Source: Octopus sinensis (Eukaryota). Taken from it: 64,000 bases of DNA. The stretch is taken from positions 85,064,001-85,128,000 of the forward strand of contig NC_043005.1 in assembly GCF_006345805.1 (NCBI RefSeq), in the 5' to 3' direction. Below, piece after piece: positions 1-13,076 of the stretch. How positions within the stretch are numbered: the stretch's first letter is position 1; each line of letters starts with the position of its first letter. The translations under genes and the position numbers were made by a program. The notes under the pieces were generated by a model. The model saw only the letters and a program-made list of their open reading frames with translations. It was not told where the DNA came from and did not search any database.

Positions 1-330
1 CATCATCATCATCATCGTCGTCGTCGTTTAACGTCCGTTTTCCATGCTAGCATGGGTTGCATAGTTTGACTGTGGGTCTGGGAAGCCAGGAGGCTGCACC
101 AGGCTCCATTCTGATCTGGCAAAGTTTCTACAGCTGGATGACCTTCCTAACGCCAACCACTCCGAGAGGGTAGTGGGTGCTTTTATGTGCGATTGGCACG
201 AGGGCCAGCCAGGCAGTTCTGGCAACAACCATGCTCTAAAGGTGTTTTTTATGTGCTTCCTGCACAGGAGCCAGTTCAACAGCACTGGCAACGACCATGC
301 TCGAATTTTGTTTTTCATGTGCCACTGTAT
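1..330 (-). mobile_element. RTE LINE 3'-end copy / RTE-tailed SINE
   Basis: (CAT)n tail then GTTTAACGTCCGTTTTCCATGCTAGCATGGGTTG...GGATGACCTTCCTAACGCCAACCACTCC, the reverse complement of the RTE 3' UTR at 50355-50579. Confidence 0.85.
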
Positions 331-530
331 ATATTAACTCACAACCCTAGAAACAATGAGGCATACAACACTATTGTGCGAGATCTACCTATGCTTGCTA
401 GGGATCCAAAAATGAACAACATTCTGAAAACACATAAATTCATCAGATGCAGAAAGCAACACAAATCACTGAAATGACTTCTGACAATGCAAAGCTTTAC
501 ACAAGAAACACAAAAACAACGGTTGACGCA
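331..530 (+). mobile_element. Penelope-like element fragment (RT-endonuclease linker)
   Basis: Translates THNPRNNEAYNTIVRDLPMLARDPKMNNILKTHKFIRCRKQHKSLK*LLT, resembling the post-RT linker of PLEs (xNP...LPxL..D....L......RQPxxLK.LL). Recognised by eye. Confidence 0.5.
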
Positions 531-739
531 AATATGTGATCACACTTTTGCTTGCCTACCCGCAGTTAACGTAAACATATGATGCAGAGCTGCCCTACAT
601 ATATCACAGACATTTTTGCAGCTGTTTACATTTGCTATTGTGTACTTTATCTCTTGAGGTGCACGCGCTTGCTGTCCCGTGCATTATCTTAGCTATTTTA
701 GGTTACGTTCAAGTCATGAGACTAGCAGTAGACCAATGA

Positions 740-965
740 CTTCCAGGGAATTCGTATCCCTGGAACGTTCAAAAGTTCCCATCCTCGGAACTTTTCAGGA
801 AATTCCTATCCATGGAACTTTCCAGTAAGCCCCCATCCTCGGAAATTTCCACGAAGCCCCAAACCTTGGAACATTCCATGAATTCCTTGGAACTTTCCAG
901 GAAGTCACCAACCTCAGAGATTACCTGGAAGTCCTTGGAACTTTTCAGGAAACCGCATCCTCAGT
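740..965. repeat. Degenerate minisatellite, ~20-30 bp units
   Basis: Repeated variants of CCTTGGAACTTT(T/C)CAGGAA. Confidence 0.6.
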
Positions 966-1131
966 GCCTTAAAATTAAGCAAAACAATATTGAAAAGACA
1001 TGGTTTGCCCCTGGTAGGAAATATATCATCCAAGGGGAAATAATTTCTTTTCAGACATATTTGAAGATTCTGTATATTTAATTTTTAACTTATACTTCTG
1101 TAAATTCCTTTTTTTTTTCACACAAAATAAG

Positions 1132-1431
1132 GTGAAGTGATAGCATGTTGTCAACTTAAGGTGATAGTCTCATGAAAGGGAAGAATGCTACTGTTATTTA
1201 ACCTTAGGAAACACCATTTCCTGTTGAACTTGACACATTTCCTATGTCTTTATGTTTTCAAAGTGGAGACAAGCACCTCCACCCAGCAAAGCCAGCATCC
1301 AGAGACTAGTTTCAGAGTCATTGCTCATCATTAAGTGCCACAGGAAACGGTGTTTCCTAGAGTTAAATAATAGTAACATTCTTCCCTTTCATGGGAATGT
1401 CACATTAAGTTGACAACATACCATTACTTTA
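1132..1431. mobile_element. Inverted-repeat element (~95-bp arms) with a degenerate minus-strand hammerhead remnant in the spacer
   Basis: 1132-1227 is ~80% identical to the reverse complement of 1337-1431. The minus strand at 1299-1335 reads ATGATGA...TCT-GAAAC-TA-GTC. Confidence 0.65.
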
Positions 1432-1992
1432 TCATGCTGCTACTGCATAAATCTCTATGAGAGGTTTAGAAATGTATTATTTCCAAAATGAGTTGAAGTT
1501 CTTAATTTTTTTGTCTCTTGTGGTCTTGGTAACCATGAATAGCACTATTTCATCCGTCTTGGGAATTGGTAGCACAGTATAACTCAAGATGCAAGTTAAT
1601 TATGTGAAGTTAAATTCAGCCTTCTATGAAGATACAATTTAAGAAGGAAGACAGACGACAAGAAACAGAATCATGGTTCAAAAGATATGTTTCATGTTTT
1701 TTCTTTTTTTTTCATTCTAATTCATTTGCTGTTTAGGAAAAGAGAAAGAAGAAAGATGGAGAGTGGGAAGTCCTTACATCAAAATAAGATATTACCAGGA
1801 CAGCTCAGCTTTGCAAAACGTCCTCTGGTTAGCTACATGTAATGTAATTGCCACAAGCTAGTCTGTAAGCTATCTCTTGTTCTTTTAGGGTGCCAAAAGC
1901 AATACAAAACTGAAAGCAAAGTTATTCTTCATGTTGATTTTATATTAACCCCTCATGTGCAGAACCATGATGTGCAGGTGTGGGAGGGAGTG

Positions 1993-2120
1993 ACCAGTCA
2001 TAAAGTCACAGGAAAAAAAGGTCACAATTAATTTATGGTGGCAGGTAATAAAGTCATAGGAAAGCAGTCCCAATTAATTTATGGTGGCCATGAATAAACT
2101 CACAGGAACGAAGTCACAAT
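1993..2120 (+). repeat. AAAGTCACAGGAAAA subterminal-type repeats, possible MULE-like DNA transposon end
   Basis: Three to four variants of TAAAGTCACAGGAA..GTCACAAT; no matching opposite end found. Confidence 0.3.
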
Positions 2121-2476
2121 CCTGCACAGAGCTTTTGAAGGTTTTGTGATCTGTCAGAGTTGCCAACAACCGTTTAATAAACTTTATATCGACTGCTATT
2201 CTACCTTTACTAATATTAGGTCAACATTGGTTTATGGCATTCTATTTTGTTGAGCAAAATAAATCAGATAACCACTGTCATCTGATTCTCTGATACCATA
2301 ATACAGGAAAAAACCCCAGCTTTATTACAGAAGAACTAGATGTAATGGAGAAAAACCAATAACAGATTTGAAACCAACGTAAAAAATTACTTTAAAAAAT
2401 TATGTCGGCATTTAAACATCAAAAATCCTGCTGACTTGTGTGATCGGTGATGACTTGGTCATTGAATTCGCTGTGT

Positions 2477-2687
2477 CTCTTTTACTCTTTCACTTGTTTC
2501 AGTGATTTGACTGTGGCCATGCTGGAGCACTGCCTTTAGTCGAGCAAATTGACCCCAGGACTTATTCTTTTTAAGCCTAGTACTTATTCTATCGGGCTCT
2601 TTTGTTGAATTTCTAAGTTATGGGGGACGTAAACACACCAGCATCGGTTGTCAAGTGATGTTGGGGGAGACAAACACAGACACGCAA

Positions 2688-2752
<65 letters not shown>

Positions 2753-2915
2753 CACATATATACGATGGGCTTCTTTCAGTTTCCGTTTACCAAATCCACT
2801 CACAAGGCTTTGGTTGGCCCGAGGCTATAGCAGAAGACACTTGCCCAAGATGCCATGCAATGGGACTAAACCCAGAACCATGTGGTTGGTAAGCAAACTA
2901 CTTACCACACAGCCA
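2477..2915 (-). mobile_element. tRNA-derived SINE, family B
   Basis: Minus strand: TGGCTGTGTGGTAAG head, GGGTTTAGTCCC B-box-like motif, TTGGGCAAGTGTCTTC body, internal (CA/TA)n, TAAAAGAG tail. Many paralogues in the window. Confidence 0.85.
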
Positions 2916-3438
2916 TGATCAACAAACGACAGCAAGATGAGCTGCTAAGGATCACACTATCTCAAAATGTGTAGGGATGTGATTGGGGACCACATGTCGA
3001 CTTGTATTCCCACCAAAACTCCAAACTCATTGGTTGGAGACAGCTGAACCCACTCCAGGTGAATACCACTGCAAGTACAAGTAAGCTGTGTAATGGGACT
3101 GAACCTGAAACCATGTGATTGTAAAGCAAACTTCTTAACCACACATCCAAGCCTGCATCTATGTGCGTACACTGTTATTGTTTCTGCTTTCTCCCTTATT
3201 GTCATAGACATTAAGTTAGTATGACTATTTTCTATCAAAAAGACATTATATTTTCCTTATGAAATATTTACATTCCGCAGCGTAATCATTTTTTTTTTTG
3301 TGTCTTTTCCACCGATTTGTTGTATTCAGTTAAGTTACTAAAGGAGCAATACCACTCTGGCTTGTAGCCATCTTGGGTTGTATGTAAACACATAAAATAT
3401 ACTTTAAACATCTAAAACTGACAAACTACATTTCTCAC

Positions 3439-3480
3439 CTGCTGTTTCTATGGAAGCCCAAGGTATCTCAGAAATGTTCT
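3439..3480 (-). CDS. Candidate 42-nt internal coding micro-exon of an unidentified gene
   Basis: TTTATTTTCTTCAG|exon|GTGAGA with CAG before the donor. Only one frame is open (phase 1-1): NISEIPWASIETA. Confidence 0.4.
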
Positions 3481-3596
3481 CTGAAGAAAATAAATAAAAA
3501 TAAATGTGTTTCTGTTTCCTTTCTTCAGCTAAGTTTGGTAAAAATCCAAATTCTGCAAAATGATTAGTTGCATGTTAACTTATCTCAAAGACAAAT

Positions 3597-3633
<37 letters not shown>

Positions 3634-3759
3634 TAATAATAATAATAAGGTGCCTTATAAAGGTGTACCCTTATTTAACTGGTAGTCATTATAGGTTTAT
3701 TGGCCTCGTATATTTGTACTTCAGCTTCAATTTGAGGGCAGGTCCTACTCTCTGACTTA

Positions 3760-3799
<40 letters not shown>

Positions 3800-5247
3800 T
3801 AATAATGATGATGATGATGAAAATGATAATAATAATGGCTTAAAATGTTGGTATAAGGCCTGCCATTTTGTGAGAATAAAGGTTTAGTTGATTAGATCAC
3901 CCCCAGTATTTAACAGGTACTTATTTTATCAACCCTGAGAGAAAATAACAATAATCATTCTTTCAACTGTAGGCCCAAGGCCTGACATTTTAGGAGAGAG
4001 GGTGCTAGTCAATTACATGAACCCAAATGTCCTATTGGTATTTATTTTATTGACCCCAAAATATAAGACAGTCAGTCTTTGAACTTAGAAAGTAAGAACT
4101 TCTTTATGGAGCTGTCAGCATCCTTTCGCATGACATGAATAATAAAATATTTATGTAATCAACCAGTTTCGCTTGTGCTAATCATGTTTAAGAAGCTTGT
4201 GATAATGTTATAATTTCATGCTATCAGAAGAAGCTTTCATTCCATCTTAGCACAAAGAAAAATATTTTGTAAACAAACCAGGAGATAAAAAGAAAAATTT
4301 AGTGGTTGCTATTATGAGAAACAGGGAAGGTAATTATTCTTCTTTTTTAAAGGTGGATTGATAATATTTAGATTAAAGGATATAAATTTATGAACTAAAA
4401 TATTTACATAGTCCAAAATTGGCTATATATTCATATTCAAGCAAAGTTGGTATTTTTCAATAAATGTAGTTGCTTTATTTAATCAGCTGACATATAGAAG
4501 TTGTTTGTTTGCTTTGGTGAGTAGGGAGAATTTTAAAGTTTGGGTGGAGATTCTGCACACACCTCTCTATGTGTCCACTCAATGGTGTTTTGTCTATATC
4601 TTGGAAAATAGATTTGTTCCTTAGGACATGTTGTTCTGTATCTGAGAGACATTCTAGTTTGACCTATACAGTTGTCATCATCATCATCGTTTAATGTCCA
4701 GCTTCCATGCATTCATGGGTTGGGCAGTTGACAGGAGTCGGCCAGGTAGAAAAACTACCCTAGGCTACTGTGTCTGTTTTGGCAGCGATTTTATGGTTGG
4801 ATGCCATTTCTGACACCAACCACTTCACAGATATTGGTGCTAAAAACATCATCCAGCTGTAGAAACCATGCCAAAACTGACCTAAAGTATGGTGCAGTCA
4901 TGTATCTCACTGGATCCAGTAAAACCAACCAACTGACCAGCCAACCAACCCATGAAGAACAGACATTAAATGATGATGATGATGATGATGATGAGATGAT
5001 GATGATGATGATGGTGATGATGAAATATGTATGTATATGTGTGTAAGTATAGGGGTAAATGTAAACATAAGCAAGTTAGGCAAGGTGATAAACAAAAAAT
5101 ATTAAATACATTAATTACAAAAAATGTTCTTATGTTTTGTTATAAAAGGGTCCAACTTACACAGAATAAAAAAGACATCAAGGATTAAAAGGGGTGAATA
5201 AAAGTTTTACATACATACATACATACACACACAGACACACACACACA

Positions 5248-5283
<36 letters not shown>

Positions 5284-5933
5284 TGTATGTATGTATGTAT
5301 ATAATCATATCAAAGGGAAATGAAATTTAATTAGAATTACAAACATTCAATTAAAATTTACATTTCCAGTGGTCTAACGTGTAAAAAAAGACTATATATT
5401 AGTCATACGATATAGTGTATATTTAAACACATAGAGAATCCACTTATAGTGATTGAGGAAAATCAAACCTTGTGAGCTCTCTATGACTCGCTAAAAGAAG
5501 ATTAGAAACCAATTGGTCCAGGAATCTAGATGGTTATGTTTTTAATTTCCAAATTATTCCTGTCGAATCTATCCCCAATTTTTTTTTTTTGTGGGTATAG
5601 AACTTAGTGTTCTTTCTAGCGTGTATATCCCTATAAGTGGATTTTCTATGTTTTAAATATACACTATATCGTACGACTAATATATAGTTTTTTTGCACGT
5701 TAGACCACTGGAAATGTAAATTTTAATTGAATGTTTGTAATTTTAATTAAATTCCATTTCCCTTTGATATGATTGAATACTGTAAATTTTGGAACATTTT
5801 CGGTTAAAAGTCGACGGTTTTTATTGTAGTCAACGAATGGACGTGTCTGTGCAGTATATTTGAAAAGTTGTTCGTATGTACACGAGACAGGTAGCCTTTC
5901 TTGTCTTGTGTAGATATATTTAACCCTAGGTGG

Positions 5934-6008
5934 TTCCTGCTGACGAAAATCAAACCTTGTGAGCTCTCTATGACTCACTAAAAGATTAGAAACCAATTGG
6001 TCCAGGAA
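5934..6008 (+). ncRNA. Type I hammerhead ribozyme
   Basis: TTCCTG-CTGACGA-A-AATC..GTGAG/CTCAC..GATT-A-GAAAC-CAATTG-GTC-CAGGAA. Stem I TTCCTG/CAGGAA, stem II, palindromic stem III ACCAATTGGT, GUC cleavage triplet. Confidence 0.8.
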
Positions 6009-6427
6009 TCTAGATGGTTAATGTTTTTAATTTCCAAATTTATTCCTGTCGAATCTTATCCCCAATTTTTTTTTTGTGGTTATAGAACTTAGCTGTTCTT
6101 TCTAGCGTGTATAATCCCTATAAGTGGATTTTCTATGTGTTTAAATATACACTATATCGTACGACTAATATATAGTCTTTTTTTGCACGTTAGACCACTG
6201 GAAATGTAAATTTTAATTGAATGTTTGTAATTTTAATTAAATTCCATTTCCCTTTGATATGATTGAATACTGTAAATTTTTGGAAAATTTTCGGTTAAAA
6301 GTCGACGGTTTTTATTGTAGTCAACGAATGGACTGTGTCTGTGCAGTATATTTGAAAAGTTAGTTCGTATGTACACGAGACAGGTAGCCTTTCTTGTCTT
6401 GTGTAGATATATTTAACCCTAGGTTGG

Positions 6428-6502
6428 TTCCTGCTGACGAAAATCAAACCTTGTGAGCTCTCTATGACTCACTAAAAGATTAGAAACCAATTGGTCCAGG
6501 AA
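6428..6502 (+). ncRNA. Type I hammerhead ribozyme (next tandem copy)
   Basis: Same sequence as 5934-6008, 494 bp downstream. Confidence 0.8.
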
Positions 6503-6852
6503 TCTAGATGGTTAATGTTTTTAATTTCCAAATTTATTCCTGTTGAGTCTTATCCCCAATTTTTTTTTTGGGTTATAGAACTTAGCTGTTCTTTCTAGCG
6601 CGTAGAATCCCTATAAGAGGATTCTCTATGTGTCTAAATATACACTATGTATGTATATATATACTTGTACACACATGTATACATAAATATATGCACACAT
6701 ATAGGCACGAGCTAACTAGTGTATATACCTATAGCTATATCTTTCTACATATCTGTCTTTCTGTTTGCCTATCTTTATACACACATATATACATATGAAT
6801 ATGTTTATCATTCATTTTCTTGCCTTCTTTCTGTCTCTATGTATCTAACATA

Positions 6853-6935
<83 letters not shown>

Positions 6936-7030
6936 ATATATGTTTGTGTGTGTGTGTGTGTACATATTTGTATATACACAAATATATCATATATATGTAT
7001 ATATATATACTCATACATACACATGTACAC

Positions 7031-7061
<31 letters not shown>

Positions 7062-7961
7062 TGATAGACTACCCATGATCTGTTGGGTCACTGGAAAGTC
7101 TGAGTTTCCCAGCAATGGAGTTTTGTTTCATGTTTTTTTTTTCATTCCCTGGTTATTTCACATGCTTTCAATGAATGTGACATCAAAATCAGGCATAAAC
7201 GACTCCTTTCCCCAGAAATGGAAAGATTTGGCTACTATTTCTTGCCTGTCCTACCACCACGTAACAGGTATTTTGGGTCCTTTATCACAAATAATTGTTA
7301 TATGGTAGCAGAGCATGCTAGACATAGCAGACAAATCTTTGGAGGTGAGATACATTGAAGGCACTCAAAAAGAAACCTATGGAAAAAAACTATTTCACAC
7401 CGAAGTTGCACACAGGTCTTTTTGAAATATATACCATATTTTTAAAGTCATTTTCACTTTAAAATATTTTGCTCATCATAATGTGTCTAATGGAAAGGTT
7501 AGAGTTTCTTCCCTTTCAGTGTTAAGTTATTTTCAGAGTATTTTCCCATTATGTACCAATTTGGGTATTTATACTTCCCAAAGCCCAAATATCTCAATAA
7601 GAACTGGCCCTTGTTTTATTCCATTTGTATTCACTTTTCAGGGGCACTTTACTTTCAGAGTATTTTCCCATTATGTGCCAGTTTGGCTGTGTAACATTGC
7701 AGACAAGCAAGCAAGATTGAAGTTCATATTTAATGTAAGATATCTGTTTGAGGTGTTTGTATTAATGTAAGGTGTCTGTATAGCTTTTGAATGATGCTAC
7801 CTTGCTGCCTAGGTCAGCAGGCCAACTTTCCGCTTCATTAGAAGGCTAGTCCATCACAGAGTAGCCAATTTACAGCTGAGCAGACTGGGAATCGAACCAA
7901 CAATGTATTGATTGTGAGTACAACCCCCTAACCACTAGGCCATGTGCCTTCACACTAAATT

Positions 7962-8047
<86 letters not shown>

Positions 8048-8052
8048 TATAA

Positions 8053-8095
<43 letters not shown>

Positions 8096-8676
8096 CACAC
8101 ACACACACACAGAAACACAAATATATAGATATATGTTGGTTTATACAAACACACATGCGCACACATATTTAATTGCCACCACCATGTCTCCTACAACTGT
8201 TCATTTTACAAACTTTGGTGAAAGCCAGGCTCTCTGGAGACAAATTACAAACCAATTGCAGAGGAAGACAGCAGCTATACAATTTTAAAGAATTTTATAG
8301 AATTCTCACTCAGTAATAAATTGAAACACTCTGATGGCATCGAGAAACATTAAGAGACAATTGTGACATAATTAGAATTTCTAAATCCTTTACGCTACAG
8401 ACAACGGGTCTAATTATACATATATATATACACACACACAGGTACGCACACACACACACACAAACACAGTCACACATACATACACACTCGCACACACAAG
8501 CACATTAACATACACACACACACACGCATAAATATATATATTATCCATATATTTATATATTTATATGTGTGAGTATACAGGTATATATATGTATGTTTTC
8601 TCTGTATGTAGAATACTGCTTTTTTCAACACATTCCAACAAGCAAAGTGTACTTACATATATATATATACATATAT

Positions 8677-8751
<75 letters not shown>

Positions 8752-8829
8752 GGTATATATATATATATATCTATATCTATATATATATATTATATATATA
8801 TATATATATATAGATATATATATATATAT

Positions 8830-8862
<33 letters not shown>

Positions 8863-9128
8863 TTATATATACATATATACATATATATAAGAGAGAAAGC
8901 TAGATGGAGGGCATTACAAGTATATATAATATGTTATGCTGTGTGTATATGCAATTATTTTTTATATATACATATACATATACAAAATATGAATGCATGT
9001 ACAAATATATATGCATATATTTACACCCACATGCAAATATATACATACACACACATATATATATATGTATATACATACATATATGTAAGTATATACATGT
9101 ATCTCTCTCTCTCTCTCTCTTTCTCTCA

Positions 9129-9171
<43 letters not shown>

Positions 9172-9444
9172 CAAGTATATATACACACACTTTCACAAAC
9201 ACACACACACATATTTATATATCAATATAAATAGTATACCAATTAAGAAATATATGCATATATATACTGTAATGGAAGCATATATATATAACTGTGTGTT
9301 TGTGCAGATGAGTTTGTATGTGTATAAATATTTCTATGCTTGTGTACATACATTCTCTACAGACATATTCAAGATAAAACCACCCCAAAAAACAAAAAGG
9401 CCACTTGTTTACAATAAATTACATACGAGTATGTATGTATACAT

Positions 9445-9501
<57 letters not shown>

Positions 9502-9917
9502 CATATATATATATACATATATATATACATATATATATATAGACATATGTATGCATACATATATATATGCATGTATGTATGTATATATGTGTATGTATGT
9601 ATGTGTGCATGTATGTATGTATAGGCATGTATGTATATGTATGGGGAATGTACCTCTATAGAAATAGATGTGTTTCTCGCTGTATTAAAAGAAACTTTGC
9701 CCATTGATCATCTCTATTAAGTTTTTCATAAATTTGCTTCATTCTTTCAAAGTTTTATATGTGTTTCTCCATCTACAGATGTATATAAGTATGTACATGC
9801 AAGAAAAATAGACAGACCTCCTCTATGCCATTATATATATATAAAATAGATATATATATATAGATATATATATGTATGTATATATGTATATGTGTATATA
9901 TATAGATATATAGATAT

Positions 9918-9971
<54 letters not shown>

Positions 9972-10257
9972 TGATCATACATATATATAAGTGCATGTAT
10001 GTATGTATATGTATATAATATACATGTACGTATATTTTTTATATATAATATATGTATATATGAGTACATATATGTTAATTTATAGCAATTCTCTCTGTCT
10101 ATATATACAGGAATATATATGCATCATCATCATATCATCATCATCATCATCACATCATATACACATATATGTGTGTGTGTGTGTGTATGTATATATGTTA
10201 AGACATTTACATACACACGCAAATAAATGTGGCTTATACCTGCACAGATATCACACA

Positions 10258-10288
<31 letters not shown>

Positions 10289-10518
10289 CATATATTATAT
10301 ATATATATATCATACACTATATATATATATATATACACTCCACCAATTAATTGTTCATCTTTATGTGCAATACAAGTCGTTGCAGAAAAGTTTCTATTAA
10401 ACATAACAATATTTCTTTAAATTAGACTTATGGGCGAAAATATACATTTTTCATTTCTTCTCACACATACAAACAGACAGACCGACAGACACACGCATAT
10501 ATATATGTGTGTGTGTGC

Positions 10519-10549
<31 letters not shown>

Positions 10550-11183
10550 AGTATTTATGTTCTTTAATCTCGTTTTAGTTAGGCAATGTTTTGTCATATT
10601 GGATCTAACTGCTAAAAAGTTGGAATAATGCTCCAATAAAAAAAAATTATATATATATATATTAAAAAAATAATATGGAAATTCAAAGAGGAACTATATT
10701 GAAAATATGAAATTATAGACGAAGAAATGTTAGAAAAAATATTCCAAGACTATTGGTGTGTGTGCATACATACATACTACATACATACATACATACATAC
10801 ATACATACATGCATGCATACAAGCATACATAAATACATACATACATACATACATAGACATGCACACATATATATATACATACATGTACATGCAGTATATA
10901 TGTGTGTATATATATATGTGTGTATATGTTTATGCGCATTTGTGTGGATAGAGATATATAATATTAAGTCTACTAAAAGAAAACAAACTGCAGCAATTTT
11001 ACACTATGTTATGTTAGACATAAAAGTCTATTTCTTCTGCATGCTGCAGTCTAAGATTAACTAGATTTGGTTATTCTTAAGAAAGAAATGAAAGGAAAAA
11101 GTACTGCTCGTACATATACACAGATATGCATGCATACGAACATACAAATCTGTTTACATACATACACAGGAACAGATACGTCA

Positions 11184-11214
<31 letters not shown>

Positions 11215-11749
11215 GATTTACATTTTGAACAAACCAGATTTAATGATCTACAACAGAGAAATGAAGAATATCACTCCATGGAAGATGGAATGTGTTGGCT
11301 AGTAGATTCCGACAGAATGTGAAAAATTACTAGAAAACCAAGCATCCATGATCAATCTCTTGTAAAATCTGCTGTTAATCTGTCTGGACTTTGGTGTTTG
11401 ATTTCTACCAATAATTATTGGAGCTCATGGCTACAGGAATCATTGCTCAGTCTCGTCTTTGAGCAGAAAGAATATACATAATCAGAAGATTACAGCTTAA
11501 AAAGCTGTGAAAGGCCCTGTTAGAATATGTTAAACATTTAGTAACATACCTATTCTCATTTGCATGTATACATACACACATATTTATATTATATATATAT
11601 ATATATATATATACATGAGTATATGTACATAGATACATGCACACATTCATAGATATATACATGTACAAATATATATAAATGGTGTATATATATATGTGTG
11701 TGTGTGTGTATTCATATATATGCATGCATGCATATATATATGATAGATC

Positions 11750-11932
11750 GCTAGCCACTAAACCACTTTTATTTTCTCTCCCTGTTTATTTCTATGTTCC
11801 TTTCTGTTGAAGAGCGTAGGCTCGAAACTTAAAAGACTTTCTCACTTCCTGAGCATTAAACTAATACCCCTGCTTGTTGTTTACTCACCCGTCTTCATCT
11901 TGTTTTGTTTTTTTTTGCAAATTCCAACTATA
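11750..11932 (+). mobile_element. PLE-derived short repeat with variant hammerhead motif
   Basis: TTT-CTGTTGA-A-GAGC-GTAG-GCTC-GAAAC-TTAAAAG at 11801-11835; related inverted copy at 12018-12235. Confidence 0.55.
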
Positions 11933-11934
11933 TG

Positions 11935-11976
<42 letters not shown>

Positions 11977-12017
11977 ATATATATGAATGTGTGTGTGTAT
12001 ATATGTGTGTGTGTGTA

Positions 12018-12225
12018 TAGTTCAAATTTCCAGGAAACGAAAGATGAAGGCAGGTGTAGGAACAACAAGTATGTGTATCAGTTTAACACTTGGGGAAAAT
12101 GGACAAGTCTCTTTTATGTTTCGAGCCTATGCTCTTTGATAGAAAGGATTAAGAGGGAAAGATGGAGAGAGAAAAACTGTCCAGAGCTCAATGGTTCAAC
12201 ATGGTGAGATGACTCGAAAAAAGAG

Positions 12226-12235
<10 letters not shown>
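12018..12235 (-). mobile_element. Second, inverted copy of the variant-hammerhead repeat family
   Basis: Minus strand TTTCTATCAAAGAGCATAGGCTCGAAACATAAAAG (12111-12146) matches the 11801 motif with CpG-type decay. Confidence 0.5.
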
Positions 12236-12263
<28 letters not shown>

Positions 12264-12269
<6 letters not shown>

Positions 12270-12574
12270 GTCATCCCGTAAATAATGCGTTTTTTTCAAT
12301 TGCATGAACTAATAGTCAGAGGAGGAAGGGATAAATTACCTGCATCAACTTGGTATAAAAGCAGGTAGTAATTTTACCATGTATTTATTCTTACTGCAAG
12401 CTTTGAAGAGTGCAGTTTCATTTATCAGTTACATTTTCAAAGCTATAATGGAAGTGACAAAGGAGCATATTCAGTATATTTTGTCTTATGAGTTCAATAA
12501 AGGAAACAATGCAATGGAAAATGTGAGAAATATCAATGCAGAATATGGGAATTGGACAACAAGCGTAGGCTCAT
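12264..12574 (+). mobile_element. Mariner transposon 5' fragment
   Basis: TA-TTGGGTCATCCC TIR-like start. ATG at 12448 gives MEVTKEHIQYILSYEFNKGNNAMENVRNINAEYG, the mariner N-terminal HTH. Confidence 0.75.
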
Positions 12575-13076
12575 TGATAATAAGATGAATAGTATCATGG
12601 CCAAAGCCAGCAACAATTTTTACAACTATCACAACAATAAAAACTCTGTCTTAGTATCGGAAACCAACCCCAACAGATTAAAGTTCTTATCCAAAAATTC
12701 CAAAATTAGAAACACCACTTACCAATGCAAAATTACTTCTGGAACCGATGTCTACTTCTACATTGGCGCAACCTCTTCTAAATTATCCCAAAGGATCTCC
12801 AACCATTATTCTACTTTCAGAGATAAGAGAAAGCAACACAGCACGGAGCTAAGCAAATTAGTCTGGCGTCTGAAGAACAATAATACTACTTTCAAGCTGG
12901 AATGGTCCATTTTGTCGGTGTCCTTCCCGTTTGATAAGGGCAGACAATTTTGTGGCATCTGTAATTCCGAACTTTTTCATATTTTGTTCGCCAAAGTCCC
13001 TTTAATAAATACAATCATCGAAAGGTCTTACAGGTGTTTACACTGGAAACGACACACCTTTCACTCATATGAATAG
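12575..13076 (+). CDS. GIY-YIG endonuclease domain (C-terminus of a PLE ORF, 5'-truncated)
   Basis: TTYQC...FYIGATSSKLSQRISNH...TELSKLVWRLK...EWSIL...CGICNSE...LIN: YIG, conserved R, E and N, and a CxxC motif; no stops. Confidence 0.8.

Larger units (their letters stand above)
5304..6648 (+). mobile_element. PLE-type pLTR / retrozyme-like tandem array (~490-bp unit, ~2.4 copies) with an inverted 5' segment
   Basis: Near-identical units recur at ~5460, 5947 and 6441. 5304-5449 is the reverse complement of 5631-5773. Each unit contains a hammerhead motif. Confidence 0.85.

Noticed and set aside
1738-1977. Plus-strand acceptor/donor pair with a ~60-nt intron
   Set aside because: Good splice signals, but both open frames stop soon in the second exon; could be non-coding and is unsupported.
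5700-5996. 98-aa minus-strand ORF in the tandem array
   Set aside because: Not preserved in the next unit (indels); no motif.
6719-11064. Many ORFs rich in Y/I/H/T/C/V (also at 38.6, 46.8 and 59.5-60.8 kb)
   Set aside because: Translations of (TA)n, (CA)n and (TACA)n microsatellites.
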